Source: a virus (Duplodnaviria; Caudoviricetes). From it: a stretch of 38,102 nt of DNA. Below, one piece after another: positions 1-9,147 of this stretch. The notes below the pieces were generated by a model. That model was not told the DNA's origin. It searched no databases and worked only from the letters and a program-made list of their open reading frames with translations. Numbering within the stretch: the stretch's first letter is position 1; each line of letters starts with the position of its first letter. Position numbers and translations under genes: made by a program. The DNA is taken from the IMG/VR virus record IMGVR_UViG_3300048599_000143, positions 1 to 38,102 of that record; one strand, given 5' to 3'.

Positions 1-276
1 GCCTCGATCGGCGACCGCGCCTCGATCGGTTACGGCGCCTCGATCGGCAACCGCGCCTCGATCGGCGATGACGCCTCGATCGGCGACCGCGCCTCGATCG
101 GTTACGGCGCCTCGATCGGCAACCGCGCCTCGATCGGCGATGGCGCCTCGATCGGCAACCGCGCCTCGATCGGCAACGACGCCTCGATCGGCGACGGCGC
201 CTCGATCGGCGACGGCGCCTCGATCGGCGACCGCGCCTCGATCGGCGGTGGCGCCTCGATCGGCGACGGCGCCTCG
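1..276 (+). repeat. Coding tandem repeat, 18-bp unit gcctcgatcgg(c/t)NNNNNc, 15 full copies plus a partial
   Basis: Read directly; units start at 1, 19, 37 ... 253, partial at 271. Confidence 0.97.
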
Positions 277-555
277 TTTGAGGCCGGCGACTGGCTCTGC
301 GTGCTCGGGCCGCAAGGTTCGCGCAATGCCTGGGCGACCGCGATCTGGTCGCCGAAGTACGGCTTGCGGTGGTGGGTCGGCTGCCAGTGCGGGATCACCA
401 CCGAGACGCTCTTGGAGCGGGTGGAACGCGATCATGGCGGTGGCCCGCACGGTGCGGACTACCGGCATGCCATCGCCTTCGTGACCGAACATCCGGGTCT
501 CGCCAGAGCTAAGGCCGAGACGAGGCGCACCGCACGTCGAGAGGACGGTAAATGA
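1..555 (+). CDS. Hexapeptide-repeat (ASIGxx) phage protein, 5'-truncated by the window
   Basis: Frame 1 is open from base 1: (ASIG[D/Y/N/G][R/G/D])x15, then ASFEAGDWLCVLGPQGSR...WVGCQCGITTETLLERVERDHG, a C-terminal domain typical of phage repeat proteins; the stop overlaps the next ATG. Confidence 0.8.
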   Translation, partial: ASIGDRASIGYGASIGNRASIGDDASIGDRASIGYGASIGNRASIGDGASIGNRASIGNDASIGDGASIGDGASIGDRASIGGGASIGDGASFEAGDWLCVLGPQGSRNAWATAIWSPKYGLRWWVGCQCGITTETLLERVERDHGGGPHGADYRHAIAFVTEHPGLARAKAETRRTARREDGK

Positions 556-995
556 TCCGCCCGCAGCGCGTCCCGCATTTCGCCGAGCGCCTGCCGCGCG
601 ACGCGGTCGCCCGGACTACCCAGGTCCCATCCAAATATTGCCGGCCGCACATGGCGATCGAGCTGCGTTTCGCCTGCCCGGCCTGCAATCAGGAATTCGA
701 TTGCGAATCCGGCGAGCCGGTCGCGCATGAGCTTCGCACCTGCAGGTGCGGCCTCATCATCCAGATCGAGGAAGATTGCGCATTCGTGTGGCGACGCCGA
801 GCGTTTACCGGCGATCGCGCCCGTGCGGCCGTCTCGATCCTGCTCGCGGCCGTCGTCGCCGCCGGCGCCGGCATCGGCGTCTATAGCGGCCTGATGCTGC
901 TCGAACGCGGCGCGGTGTCCGCCGTCGCTGCGGCGATCAAGGCGAACAAGCCGAAGGATCAGGCGCGGCTCGCTGTTTGGGAGCGAGGCCGATGA
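552..995 (+). CDS. Hypothetical protein with Zn-ribbon (CPAC...CRCG) and a hydrophobic segment
   Basis: GGA(C)GG upstream; overlaps both neighbouring genes. Confidence 0.65.
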   Translation: MIRPQRVPHFAERLPRDAVARTTQVPSKYCRPHMAIELRFACPACNQEFDCESGEPVAHELRTCRCGLIIQIEEDCAFVWRRRAFTGDRARAAVSILLAAVVAAGAGIGVYSGLMLLERGAVSAVAAAIKANKPKDQARLAVWERGR

Positions 996-1153
996 TGAAG
1001 ATGGTCGACCTCACCCTTGTCGTCGTCCTCGGCCTGCTGCTCGCGCTGTCGAACAGCGTCGAGCTCATCAAGCTCGCGGCCATCGCGCTCGCCCTCACGC
1101 TTGGCGCGCTCGTGGTGCTGTGGGCCTTCGATCCGTCCAAGCAGAAGGAGTAG
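992..1153 (+). CDS. Small two-helix membrane protein (53 aa, MMKMVDLTLVVVLGLLLALSNSVELIKLAAIALALTLGALVVLWAFDPSKQKE)
   Basis: Translated by hand (not in ORF track); ATGA overlap with the upstream stop; fills the operon gap. Confidence 0.7.
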   Translation: MMKMVDLTLVVVLGLLLALSNSVELIKLAAIALALTLGALVVLWAFDPSKQKE

Positions 1154-1159
1154 CGTTCG

Positions 1160-1564
1160 ATGGTCAAGAAATCTCCGAACCCGACCGACAAGCACGTCGG
1201 ATCGCGCGTCAGAATGAGGCGCATGATGCTCGGCATCTCGCAGGAGAAGCTCGGCGACGCGCTCGGGCTGACCTTCCAGCAGGTGCAGAAGTACGAGAAG
1301 GGTACGAACCGCATCGGCGCGAGCCGCCTGCAGCAGATCGCGAACATCCTCCAGGTGCCGGTGGCTTTCTTTTTCGAGGGCGCGCCGAATAGCGGCGCCG
1401 CCGTGCCGGACGAAGGCGCGGCGCAATCACCGTCCTTCGTCTCGGATTTCCTCGCGACCTCCGATGGCCTCGCGCTGACGCGCTCGTTCACCCGCATCCA
1501 GGACGGAAAGCTCCGCCGCCGGATCGTGGACCTCGTGGAGCAGATTGCGGGAGAAGCGGCATGA
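1160..1564 (+). CDS. XRE/HTH_3 transcriptional regulator (alphaproteobacterial type)
   Basis: DKHVGSRVRMRR...SQEKLGDALGLTFQQVQKYEKGTNRIGASRL signature; AAGGAG RBS. Confidence 0.93.
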   Translation: MVKKSPNPTDKHVGSRVRMRRMMLGISQEKLGDALGLTFQQVQKYEKGTNRIGASRLQQIANILQVPVAFFFEGAPNSGAAVPDEGAAQSPSFVSDFLATSDGLALTRSFTRIQDGKLRRRIVDLVEQIAGEAA

Positions 1565-2016
1565 CACCGGAGCGCTTTCATTCAGAGATCGTGAAGCTGC
1601 AGCGCGAGATCGGTTTGCGCGCCGAGATTTTCGTCAGCTTCGACACGACCTACTTCAACAAAGCGACCGCCGAAAACATTCTCAACGCCAGCGTCTACCC
1701 GCGCGGAATGGGCGGAAAGGAAGAATGCGCCTTCCGGTCGACCGCACGGAATTTCGAGGACCTTCTCGAAAAAATCGAGACAAAGTGGGCGGAATGCAGC
1801 GCCCGGCATCGCGCGGAAATCATCCGCAAGATGGCGCTCCGCATCATCAACCTGACCGCCGAGCATGGCGAGTGCACCGACGCCGCGCTGCGCGGTGACG
1901 TGTTCAGCGCCGGCGACATTTCAATGTACGGCGTCGAGGCCTGCGAAGAAGCCAATCGCATCGCCGCGAAGGGGCCCTTCTCGATCATCGCGATCAAGGG
2001 GGCGAACGCGGCATGA
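1561..2016 (+). CDS. Hypothetical phage protein
   Basis: ATGA-coupled on both sides; protein-like composition. Confidence 0.8.
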   Translation: MTPERFHSEIVKLQREIGLRAEIFVSFDTTYFNKATAENILNASVYPRGMGGKEECAFRSTARNFEDLLEKIETKWAECSARHRAEIIRKMALRIINLTAEHGECTDAALRGDVFSAGDISMYGVEACEEANRIAAKGPFSIIAIKGANAA

Positions 2017-2474
2017 CCATCGCGGGCTATTACTATCTCCACTCGAACGGCGACCTGATCTGGAAGCGCAATCTCGACGACGGCCAGGTGGCGGATTTTC
2101 GGGAATCGTCCTTCGTCATTCAGTTCTGGCCGCTCGATCCGCAGGATCGGGAAACTTGCTGGCGGATCCTCGTCGAAGCGTCGGCGCTCGGCGCCAAGGA
2201 GCATCGGCTCAACGAGCTGGCCGATAAATGGGGCTGCGATGATGCCGACGCGCAAGTCTATGCCCACCGGATCGGCGTCGATCTGAAGCGCGACGGCAAT
2301 GCGTGGTGCGCCATGCAGATGGGCGCCACCAACATCCAAGAATTTGCGGCGGGCTTCAGTGAGCAGTCCGCGCTGCGCGCGATGGCCGAGCTTTGCAAGG
2401 AGCTTGGTTACCGCGCGCAGAAGATGTGGGGACCGAGCTTTGAGCAGCTCGTCAGCGGACGGGTGCCGGCATGA
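2013..2474 (+). CDS. Hypothetical phage protein (GYYYLHSNGDLI...)
   Basis: ATGA-coupled; protein-like. Confidence 0.8.
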   Translation: MTIAGYYYLHSNGDLIWKRNLDDGQVADFRESSFVIQFWPLDPQDRETCWRILVEASALGAKEHRLNELADKWGCDDADAQVYAHRIGVDLKRDGNAWCAMQMGATNIQEFAAGFSEQSALRAMAELCKELGYRAQKMWGPSFEQLVSGRVPA

Positions 2475-2650
2475 CGATCCCGGCCAAGGAAACCTATCTG
2501 GGCGACGGGCTCTACGCATCGTTCGACGGCTGGCAGTTCAAGCTGCGAGCGCCGCGCGAGGATGGCGACCATGTCGTCTATCTTGATCCGGATGTGTATC
2601 GCTCGTTCGAGCGCTTCGCCGCCGTGTTTGTCAAGGCGGTGGGGCAATGA
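2471..2650 (+). CDS. Small phage protein (59 aa, MTIPAKETYLGDGLYASFDGWQFKLRAPREDGDHVVYLDPDV...)
   Basis: Translated by hand; ATGA overlaps at both ends; YLGDGxYxxFDG motif recalled from small phage proteins. Confidence 0.75.
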   Translation: MTIPAKETYLGDGLYASFDGWQFKLRAPREDGDHVVYLDPDVYRSFERFAAVFVKAVGQ

Positions 2651-2913
2651 CCACCGGTGAATACAGCGTCGTGCAGTTCTTTGCCGACGACACCTACGAA
2701 ATTGTCCGCGAGCGCGTCGAGGCGAAGGAAGCGGTCGAGACCGCAAAGAGCTTCACCGAGCGGCCCGCCGCACTGATCGGCATCATCAAGCGCGTGATCA
2801 TCGTCGATGCGGGCGATTTCATCAATTTCGAATGGCGTTTCGGCGAGGGCGTTGTCTACCCGCCCCGCGATGCCGAGGGGAAGTTCGTCGCGGACCATCC
2901 AGCGGCTGGTTGA
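2647..2913 (+). CDS. Hypothetical phage protein
   Basis: ATGA-coupled; protein-like. Confidence 0.75.
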   Translation: MTTGEYSVVQFFADDTYEIVRERVEAKEAVETAKSFTERPAALIGIIKRVIIVDAGDFINFEWRFGEGVVYPPRDAEGKFVADHPAAG

Positions 2914-2964
2914 TTTTTTCACCGGCCCGAGGCGTACCGCGGGCCACAACACGGGAGAACTGCA

Positions 2965-4446
2965 ATGGCACTTTTCAAACCGGCGGAAGTTACCTCCGCC
3001 TATCTCAAGATGGGGCTGCTCGGCTTCGCCGGCAGCGGCAAGACCAAGACGGCCGACCTGATTTCGATCGGCCTGATCCAGCACCTGCGCAAGCTCAACA
3101 TCGATTACGCGGGCAAGCCCGTCTACTTCATCGACACCGAAACCGGGTCGGACTGGATCAAGCCGGATTTCGACGCGATGGGCGTGCCGCTGATGGTCGC
3201 CAAGACCCGGGCCTTCGTCGACCTGCTCGACGCGGTCAAGGAAGCCGAGAAGAACGGGGCCATCCTGATCGCCGATTCGGTGACGCATTTCTGGAAGGAG
3301 CTTTGCGATAGCTACGTTCGCTCCAAGAGCAAGGGTAACAGCACCTATCGCCTGCAGTTTCAGGATTGGGGCTACCTCAAGGGCGAGTGGGGCAAGTTCA
3401 CCGACAGCTTCGTCAACTCGAACCTGCACATCATCCTCTGCGGCCGGGCCGGCTTCGAATACGACTATTTCGAGGACGAGGACGGCAAGAAGCAGCTCGA
3501 AAAGACCGGCGTCAAGATGAAGGCCGAAGGCGAGATGGGCTACGAGCCCTCGCTGCTGGTCATGATGGAGCGTCATCAGAAGATCGAAGGCAACCGCGTC
3601 GTCGAGACCTGGCGCGAAGCTTCGATCCTCAAGGATCGGTCGACCCTGTTGGACGGCAAGACCTTCGCCTTCGACGGCGAAGGCAAGACGCTCCAGCAGA
3701 TGGTCAACCACACCTTCGGGGTGTTCAAGCCGCACATCGATCGCCTGAGCCTCGGCGGCAAACAACTCGGCGTCGACACCACCCGCACCAGCGCGCACGC
3801 GATCCAGCCTGAGAAGAAGGACTGGACCTCGACGCAACGTCAGATCGCGCTGGAGGAGATCGAGGCGCTCCTGGTCGAGCACTATCCGTCAACCTCGAAG
3901 GAAGACAAGCAGGCGAAGGCCGCGCTGATCTTCAAGCATTTCGAAACGCGGTCGTGGACCGAAGTCTGCAACATGCGGGTCGAGGAGCTGAAGCTGCGCT
4001 ACGACGCGCTGCATCAGGAACTGGCCGGCGCCCCGTCCCGTTACGCCGTCCCGCTGCGGCAAGCGGCAAATACCGACATCAACGACAGCCTGCCCGACTT
4101 CGACGACGCGACCACCGCGCCGGCGCAGCCGACGCTGACGGTCGAGGACAAGGTCATGGCGGAACTGCCTAACCTGATCACCATCAACGACTGCCTGCAC
4201 GTCGCGCAACAGGTCGCCAATATGGATCTGTCGGCCGAGGCGCTCGGCCGGATCAACACCGCGCTTATGAAGCGCCAGAACGAGATTGCGAAGGGACCGA
4301 AGCCGGACGCGGCCGAGCCCGAGCAAGGAAAGGAGCCTGAGAACACCGACGGCCAGGGCCTCCCCGTGGACCCTGCGCCGAATGACGGGGGCAACAAGGC
4401 GCGTGCCCGCCGTGCCGCCCCGGCCTCGGCCCTCGTGGCCGGGTAA
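2965..4446 (+). CDS. AAA_24/Sak4-like ATPase (putative recombination/annealing protein)
   Basis: Walker A GFAGSGKT, FIDTETGS, LIADSVTH; GGGAGA RBS; located in the recombination module. Confidence 0.8.
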   Translation: MALFKPAEVTSAYLKMGLLGFAGSGKTKTADLISIGLIQHLRKLNIDYAGKPVYFIDTETGSDWIKPDFDAMGVPLMVAKTRAFVDLLDAVKEAEKNGAILIADSVTHFWKELCDSYVRSKSKGNSTYRLQFQDWGYLKGEWGKFTDSFVNSNLHIILCGRAGFEYDYFEDEDGKKQLEKTGVKMKAEGEMGYEPSLLVMMERHQKIEGNRVVETWREASILKDRSTLLDGKTFAFDGEGKTLQQMVNHTFGVFKPHIDRLSLGGKQLGVDTTRTSAHAIQPEKKDWTSTQRQIALEEIEALLVEHYPSTSKEDKQAKAALIFKHFETRSWTEVCNMRVEELKLRYDALHQELAGAPSRYAVPLRQAANTDINDSLPDFDDATTAPAQPTLTVEDKVMAELPNLITINDCLHVAQQVANMDLSAEALGRINTALMKRQNEIAKGPKPDAAEPEQGKEPENTDGQGLPVDPAPNDGGNKARARRAAPASALVAG

Positions 4447-4496
4447 ATGGTGGGGGCCTTAACCATGCAGTTAGAAAAATCGGTGTTTAAGGCTGC

Positions 4497-4970
4497 ATGG
4501 ACCTCGTCATGGTCAGGGACGAGCGCCGGCTTGCGCTCGTCCCTGCTACCGATCTCGATGCCGATCGCCTGCGCGCCCTGCCGAGGCTCTGGCCGATGCA
4601 GGTTCAGACACGGCTTGCGCGATCGAACAAGCTCAATCGTTTCTGGCGCGGCATCATTGACAAAGCCGCTGCGGGCCTTGGACTGCATCCGCAGGCGCTC
4701 CACAACGAAATCAAACTCAGGGCTGGGCTGGTCGAGCAGGTCATGCTTCTGCACGCAGGTCGGAACGTCGTCACTGTCAAGTTGCGATCAACCGCATTTC
4801 CCGAAATGGGTGATGACGAGTTCTCCGCATTCGTCGATTTCGGCATTCAATGCCTATTTCGAGACTACCTGCCCGGCATCAAAAGGCCGGAGCAGCGAAA
4901 GCTCATTGAGGAGTGGGCCGGTCGCCGTCCCAAACTCGAAGAACCGCCCCGTATCATTCTTCCGGCCTAG
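4497..4970 (+). CDS. DUF1367/NinB-like recombination-module protein
   Basis: RSNKLNRFW...LHNEIKLRAG...STAFPEMGDDEFSAF pattern; follows the AAA ATPase. Confidence 0.6.
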   Translation: MDLVMVRDERRLALVPATDLDADRLRALPRLWPMQVQTRLARSNKLNRFWRGIIDKAAAGLGLHPQALHNEIKLRAGLVEQVMLLHAGRNVVTVKLRSTAFPEMGDDEFSAFVDFGIQCLFRDYLPGIKRPEQRKLIEEWAGRRPKLEEPPRIILPA

Positions 4971-4985
4971 GCCACGAGGCGTCCG

Positions 4986-5699
4986 ATGAACGGGCGCCAA
5001 GTCAAACACAATCTCAAGCCCGGTCAACGCTTTGGGCGGCTAACGACGTTCGGCACCATCAAGCAGGGTCGCAATACAGTCTGGATTTGCGACTGCGATT
5101 GCGGCCAGACGACATTGGTGCCCGCCTTTCGCCTAGCATCCGGAGAGACCAGATCGTGCGGATGCTTCAAGCGCGAGCTGCTCGCAAAGGGCCAAGTTAG
5201 GCATGGCGCCGCGCGAGTCGGCGCCGCCACGCCCGAGTATCGTGCTTGGCGCAATATGATCGAGCGCTGCTCGGGCCGCGATCCAAGGATTGCCAAGCAT
5301 TATATTCATCGCGGCGTGCGTGTCTGCGACAAATGGTTAAACAGTTTTGAAGCGTTTTTGGCCGATGTCGGGCCGCGGCCGAGCAAGGCTCACAGCCTCG
5401 ATCGTTATCCAGACAACAACGGCAACTATGAGCCCGGCAATGTCCGATGGGCGACTCGCAAAGAGCAGGCCAGAAACAAGCGCGACAATGTAGTCGTTGT
5501 GGTCGATGGCGTAGAAATGACGCTTACCGACGCCGCAACGTTGGCAGGCTTGCCGCTGATTACCGTCTCGATGCGGTTGATCCGCCTCGGTTGGACTATC
5601 GAGCGCGCCCTCGGATTGGGGCCGGATCACATCGTTAAGATGATCGGTCGGCGGGGCGGAAAATCGTCTCGACGACGATCCGCGGGAGACGCCGCATGA
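4986..5699 (+). CDS. HNH homing-type endonuclease
   Basis: GQRFGRLT, WICDCDCG, SCGC, EYRAWRNMIERC, SLDRYPDNNGNYEPGNVRWAT..EQARN. Confidence 0.88.
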   Translation: MNGRQVKHNLKPGQRFGRLTTFGTIKQGRNTVWICDCDCGQTTLVPAFRLASGETRSCGCFKRELLAKGQVRHGAARVGAATPEYRAWRNMIERCSGRDPRIAKHYIHRGVRVCDKWLNSFEAFLADVGPRPSKAHSLDRYPDNNGNYEPGNVRWATRKEQARNKRDNVVVVVDGVEMTLTDAATLAGLPLITVSMRLIRLGWTIERALGLGPDHIVKMIGRRGGKSSRRRSAGDAA

Positions 5700-6127
5700 A
5701 GCCCGCCCGCGTCAACCGCGAGCTCGCGCTCAAGGCGCTGAAGCTTTCGCGCAAGAACATCGTCGGCGACGAGCTCGCCACCAAGCTCAAGGTCGAACCG
5801 GCGCAGGCGGAAATGCTGTTCCGCGTCGGCACGCTGATCGAACACTACGAGGGCCACAAGCTTTCGCAGCGCGAGTGGGACGTGCTCAAGGTCATCGTCC
5901 GCGTCATCGCGCAAAATATCTTTCTCGGCCGAGAATACGCGAACACCGGCGACATCGATTTCGCCGCCGGCAAGCGCTCGGGGTGGTGCTCGCAACAGAT
6001 CCCGGGGCTGTCCGGCATGGGGCTCGTCTCGATGCCGATGCGCGGGCAAATCTATCTCACCCGCGCCGGATGGGTGCTCGCCTGGGAAACCGGCCTCATC
6101 AAGCCGAACTGGAAGGTGCCGGCATGA
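5696..6127 (+). CDS. Hypothetical protein, possible winged helix
   Basis: ATGA-coupled; C-terminal GLVS...GQIYLTRAG wing-like motif. Confidence 0.7.
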   Translation: MKPARVNRELALKALKLSRKNIVGDELATKLKVEPAQAEMLFRVGTLIEHYEGHKLSQREWDVLKVIVRVIAQNIFLGREYANTGDIDFAAGKRSGWCSQQIPGLSGMGLVSMPMRGQIYLTRAGWVLAWETGLIKPNWKVPA

Positions 6128-6771
6128 AGGACATCCCGATCATCTATTCGGGACCGATGGTCCAAGCGCTCCTTCGCGAAGCTCGTGCGCCCGGCACCGG
6201 CAAGACGCAGACACGGAGGCTCGCGACAAAAGAATACACACCGCGCCGATTTTGGGGCTCTCGCCTGCATTCAGTCACGATCCGTTCGTCTTGGGCGAAA
6301 GTGAAGGTCGGCGACCGACTGTGGGTTCGGGAGAATTGGTCGCACACCGGCGTCGGCGTCTGGACGATCAACGAAGCGCGTATGGCTTTGAACGGTAAGC
6401 CCGTCTACGCCGCAGACGGCCAGGACGGTCCGTGGTGGCCATCGATCCACATGCCGCGCGAGTTTTCCCGCCTCACGCTGGTCGTGACGGCGACAAAGGT
6501 TGAGCGCCTGCAGAGCATCAGCGACACCGACGCCAAAGCAGAAGGCGTCGTCGAATGTGACGGCGCTACGCCGGACATTTGGTACATCCCCGGCGCGGCG
6601 AAATCGGGCTGGAAAATCCAAATGGCATCGCGGCCGGCGCCGGTCTTTAAGAGCCTCTGGATCGCGCTTCACGGCGCCGAAGCGTGGGACGCCAACCCTG
6701 AAGTGGTGGCACTCACTTTCACGGTGCACCTGCACAACATCGACAGAATGCCAAAGGCGGTGGCCGCATGA
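6124..6771 (+). CDS. ASCH-like phage protein (KTQTRR / GDRLWVRE / PSIHMPR family)
   Basis: Conserved motifs; likely start is the ATG at 6124 (ATGA overlap), not 5875. Confidence 0.82.
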   Translation: MKDIPIIYSGPMVQALLREARAPGTGKTQTRRLATKEYTPRRFWGSRLHSVTIRSSWAKVKVGDRLWVRENWSHTGVGVWTINEARMALNGKPVYAADGQDGPWWPSIHMPREFSRLTLVVTATKVERLQSISDTDAKAEGVVECDGATPDIWYIPGAAKSGWKIQMASRPAPVFKSLWIALHGAEAWDANPEVVALTFTVHLHNIDRMPKAVAA

Positions 6772-6896
6772 CCGCGCCCGCCCCGCAATCCGTCCAATGC
6801 CCTCTGTGCCGCGTCACTGTTCCGGTCTCGGCTCTGTCCGCCCCGAACCGCTGCGTCAGCAAGGACTGCCCGCTCAAGCCGAAGGGTGACGCATGA
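6768..6896 (+). CDS. Tiny Cys-rich protein (42 aa, CPLC...C..KDCPLK)
   Basis: Translated by hand; ATGA overlaps at both ends. Confidence 0.55.
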   Translation: MTAPAPQSVQCPLCRVTVPVSALSAPNRCVSKDCPLKPKGDA

Positions 6897-7618
6897 CTGA
6901 TCGAATTCGCGTGTTTGACGTTGAGACCACCGGAACGGACCCAAAAGAGGACCGCGTCGTCGAGATCGCAGCCTATGATGTAGAGAGATACGGGCTCGAT
7001 ATCGCGCCGGTCGCGACCTACCTGGTTGATCCGGGACGCCGGATTCCGCCTGCCGCTTCGGCGGTGCATCACATTACGGATGCAGACATTGAGAAGGCGC
7101 AGGCGCCGCTATTCGGCGAGGTCTGGCCAAGGCTGCACGACTCTGAGGTTAAGTTTTTTGCCGCACACAATTGCGAGTTCGAACAAGGCTTCATGCCGTC
7201 GCCTGCGGGCGTCGAATGGATATGCACCTATAAGTGCGCGCTGCGCGCATGGCCGGACGCGCCGGGGCACAGCAACCAAGTTCTACGCTATTGGCTCGAT
7301 CTCGATAAGGAGATTTATTTTATTCGCGCGAACGCGACCCCAGCCCATCGAGCCGGGCCGGACGCATACGTTACAGCGTTCCTTCTCGCCACCCTCCTCT
7401 CGGAGGGCGAGCGCACCGTTGCGGACCTCGTCGCCTGGTCAAAAGAACCGAAGCTCTACACCACACTGACCTTCGGCAAGCACCGTGGCCTGAAGCTGAC
7501 CGAGGCTCCCTTTGACTATCTGCAATGGCTTCGCGACGGCCGCCACGACATGGAGGCGGATTGGCGCCATTGCGCGAAGGTGGAGCTGGAGCGGCGCAAG
7601 AAAGCAGCCTCGGCATGA
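6893..7618 (+). CDS. exoX: Exodeoxyribonuclease X-like DEDDh 3'-5' exonuclease
   Basis: FDVETTG, AHNCEFE, AHRAGPD motifs; C-terminal FGKHRG...YLQWL domain. Confidence 0.88.
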   Translation: MTDRIRVFDVETTGTDPKEDRVVEIAAYDVERYGLDIAPVATYLVDPGRRIPPAASAVHHITDADIEKAQAPLFGEVWPRLHDSEVKFFAAHNCEFEQGFMPSPAGVEWICTYKCALRAWPDAPGHSNQVLRYWLDLDKEIYFIRANATPAHRAGPDAYVTAFLLATLLSEGERTVADLVAWSKEPKLYTTLTFGKHRGLKLTEAPFDYLQWLRDGRHDMEADWRHCAKVELERRKKAASA

Positions 7619-7791
7619 CGGACCGGCAGGAATTTCACCCAATCTTCGGCATCAGCCGCCGCAACGGCTCGACCGACACCCGCTCGAAGTGCGGCCACAC
7701 AATCCCGGAGGAGCATGTCCCGCTGCTCGGGAACGATCTTGCCGAGCGCTACAACGAGGCGCTCGAAGCCGGACGGAGGGCGCGGTCGTGA
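7615..7791 (+). CDS. Small hypothetical protein
   Basis: ATGA/GTGA coupling. Confidence 0.5.
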   Translation: MTDRQEFHPIFGISRRNGSTDTRSKCGHTIPEEHVPLLGNDLAERYNEALEAGRRARS

Positions 7792-8006
7792 CCGCCACAC
7801 GTGACGCGATCTATCGTCCCGGATTCGTCATCAGGCGGATGACGCGCTCCGAATATATGGAGTGCCTTGGCGAACTTCTCGTAGCGTTGGTCGAGGTGCA
7901 CGGCCCGTTGACCGTCCGCGCCGCGCACGAACTCGCCAATCAAGCCATCCTCAGTTTTGGGATCGACAACGCCGCCGCCGCTATACGGGGGGCTCATCGT
8001 GGCTAA
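7788..8006 (+). CDS. Small hypothetical protein (VTATRDAIYRPG...)
   Basis: GGAGG RBS; GTGA overlap. Confidence 0.55.
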   Translation: MTATRDAIYRPGFVIRRMTRSEYMECLGELLVALVEVHGPLTVRAAHELANQAILSFGIDNAAAAIRGAHRG

Positions 8007-9147
8007 AGATCACGATTGGTCCCCGCAGCAGGTCGCGGCCATCAAGGCGGTTGAGGAATGGTATCGCGAGCCGAACGCCCCGCAGATTTTTCGGCTGTTC
8101 GGCTATGCCGGCACCGGCAAGACGACGCTGGCGAAGCACATCGCTTCGATTGTGCGGAAGGTTGCCAAGGAGGGAGATGAGGAATCCGGCAAGGTCGTTT
8201 TTGGGGCCTTCACCGGCAAGGCCGCGCTCGTCCTGCGCTCGAAGGGCTGCCACGGCGCCTCGACCATCCACGGCATGATCTACACCCTCGATGAGGAAAG
8301 CGGAGGCGTGCCCCGCTTCATCCTCAACGAAGACGGCAGCCCGCTCAAGGACGCCAAGCTCTGCATCATCGACGAATGCTCGATGGTCGGCGCCGAGCTG
8401 GCGCACGATCTTCTGAGCTTCGGGGTCAAGGTGCTGGTCCTCGGCGACCCGGCGCAGCTTCCGCCGGTCCAGGACGCGGGCTTCTTCACCGAAGCCAACC
8501 CCGACGTGATGCTGACGGAAGTCCACCGCCAGGCGGAGGGCAACCCGATCATCCGCATGTCCATGGACATCCGGAACGGCAAGCGGCTCGACTACGGCGA
8601 TTTCGGCGCCTGCCGCGTCGTCACCCGCGGGCACCACGACCTCCAGGCGGCGGTGCTCGGCGCCGATCAGATCCTCGTCGGGCTCAACCGCACCCGCACC
8701 GCCTATAACGGCCGCGTCCGCGAGCTGCGCGGGATCAAGAGCGAGTATCCGAAGGTCGGGGAAAAGCTGGTCTGCCTGAAGAACGACCGCAGCCGCTACC
8801 TGTTCAACGGCGGGCTTTGGTCGGTCGCCAAGCTCCGCAAGGCTAATCCGGTCTCGGTCAACATGGTGCTGAAGCCGGAAGACGCCGGCGGCGTGGAACG
8901 ATCGGTCGACGTGAAGGTGCACCCGTTCTTCTTCGAGGGTCGCGAGGGCGAGCTCACCTGGGAGCAGCTCAAGGACTTCCAGCAATTCACCTACGGCTAC
9001 GCGCTGACGGTGCACAAGTCTCAGGGCTCGCAGTGGAACAACGTGGTGTTGTTCGACGAAAGCGGCGTTTTCCGCGAGGACCGCGAGCGCTGGCTCTATA
9101 CCGGCGTCACCCGCGCGGCCGAGAAACTGACCGTGGTGATGTCGTGA
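7999..9147 (+). CDS. Dda/RecD-like SF1 DNA helicase
   Basis: GYAGTGKTT, IIDECSM, LGDPAQLPPV, LTEVHRQ, YALTVHKSQGSQW, YTGVTRA; probable GTG start at 7999. Confidence 0.93.
   Translation: MAKDHDWSPQQVAAIKAVEEWYREPNAPQIFRLFGYAGTGKTTLAKHIASIVRKVAKEGDEESGKVVFGAFTGKAALVLRSKGCHGASTIHGMIYTLDEESGGVPRFILNEDGSPLKDAKLCIIDECSMVGAELAHDLLSFGVKVLVLGDPAQLPPVQDAGFFTEANPDVMLTEVHRQAEGNPIIRMSMDIRNGKRLDYGDFGACRVVTRGHHDLQAAVLGADQILVGLNRTRTAYNGRVRELRGIKSEYPKVGEKLVCLKNDRSRYLFNGGLWSVAKLRKANPVSVNMVLKPEDAGGVERSVDVKVHPFFFEGREGELTWEQLKDFQQFTYGYALTVHKSQGSQWNNVVLFDESGVFREDRERWLYTGVTRAAEKLTVVMS

Noticed and set aside
1-276. CRISPR array
   Set aside because: The units are 18 bp with only 6 variable bases, stay in frame and encode a hexapeptide repeat; no cas genes are present
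68-484. ORFs 68..484 (+) and 102..401 (-)
   Set aside because: Alternative readings of the repeat; frame 1 joins the recognisable C-terminal domain
2578-3882. Long antisense ORFs (also 7981..9015, 14144..15241, 22314..24155, 25611..26933, 28902..30653, 35300..36826)
   Set aside because: Shadow frames opposite well-supported genes in high-GC DNA, with no motifs
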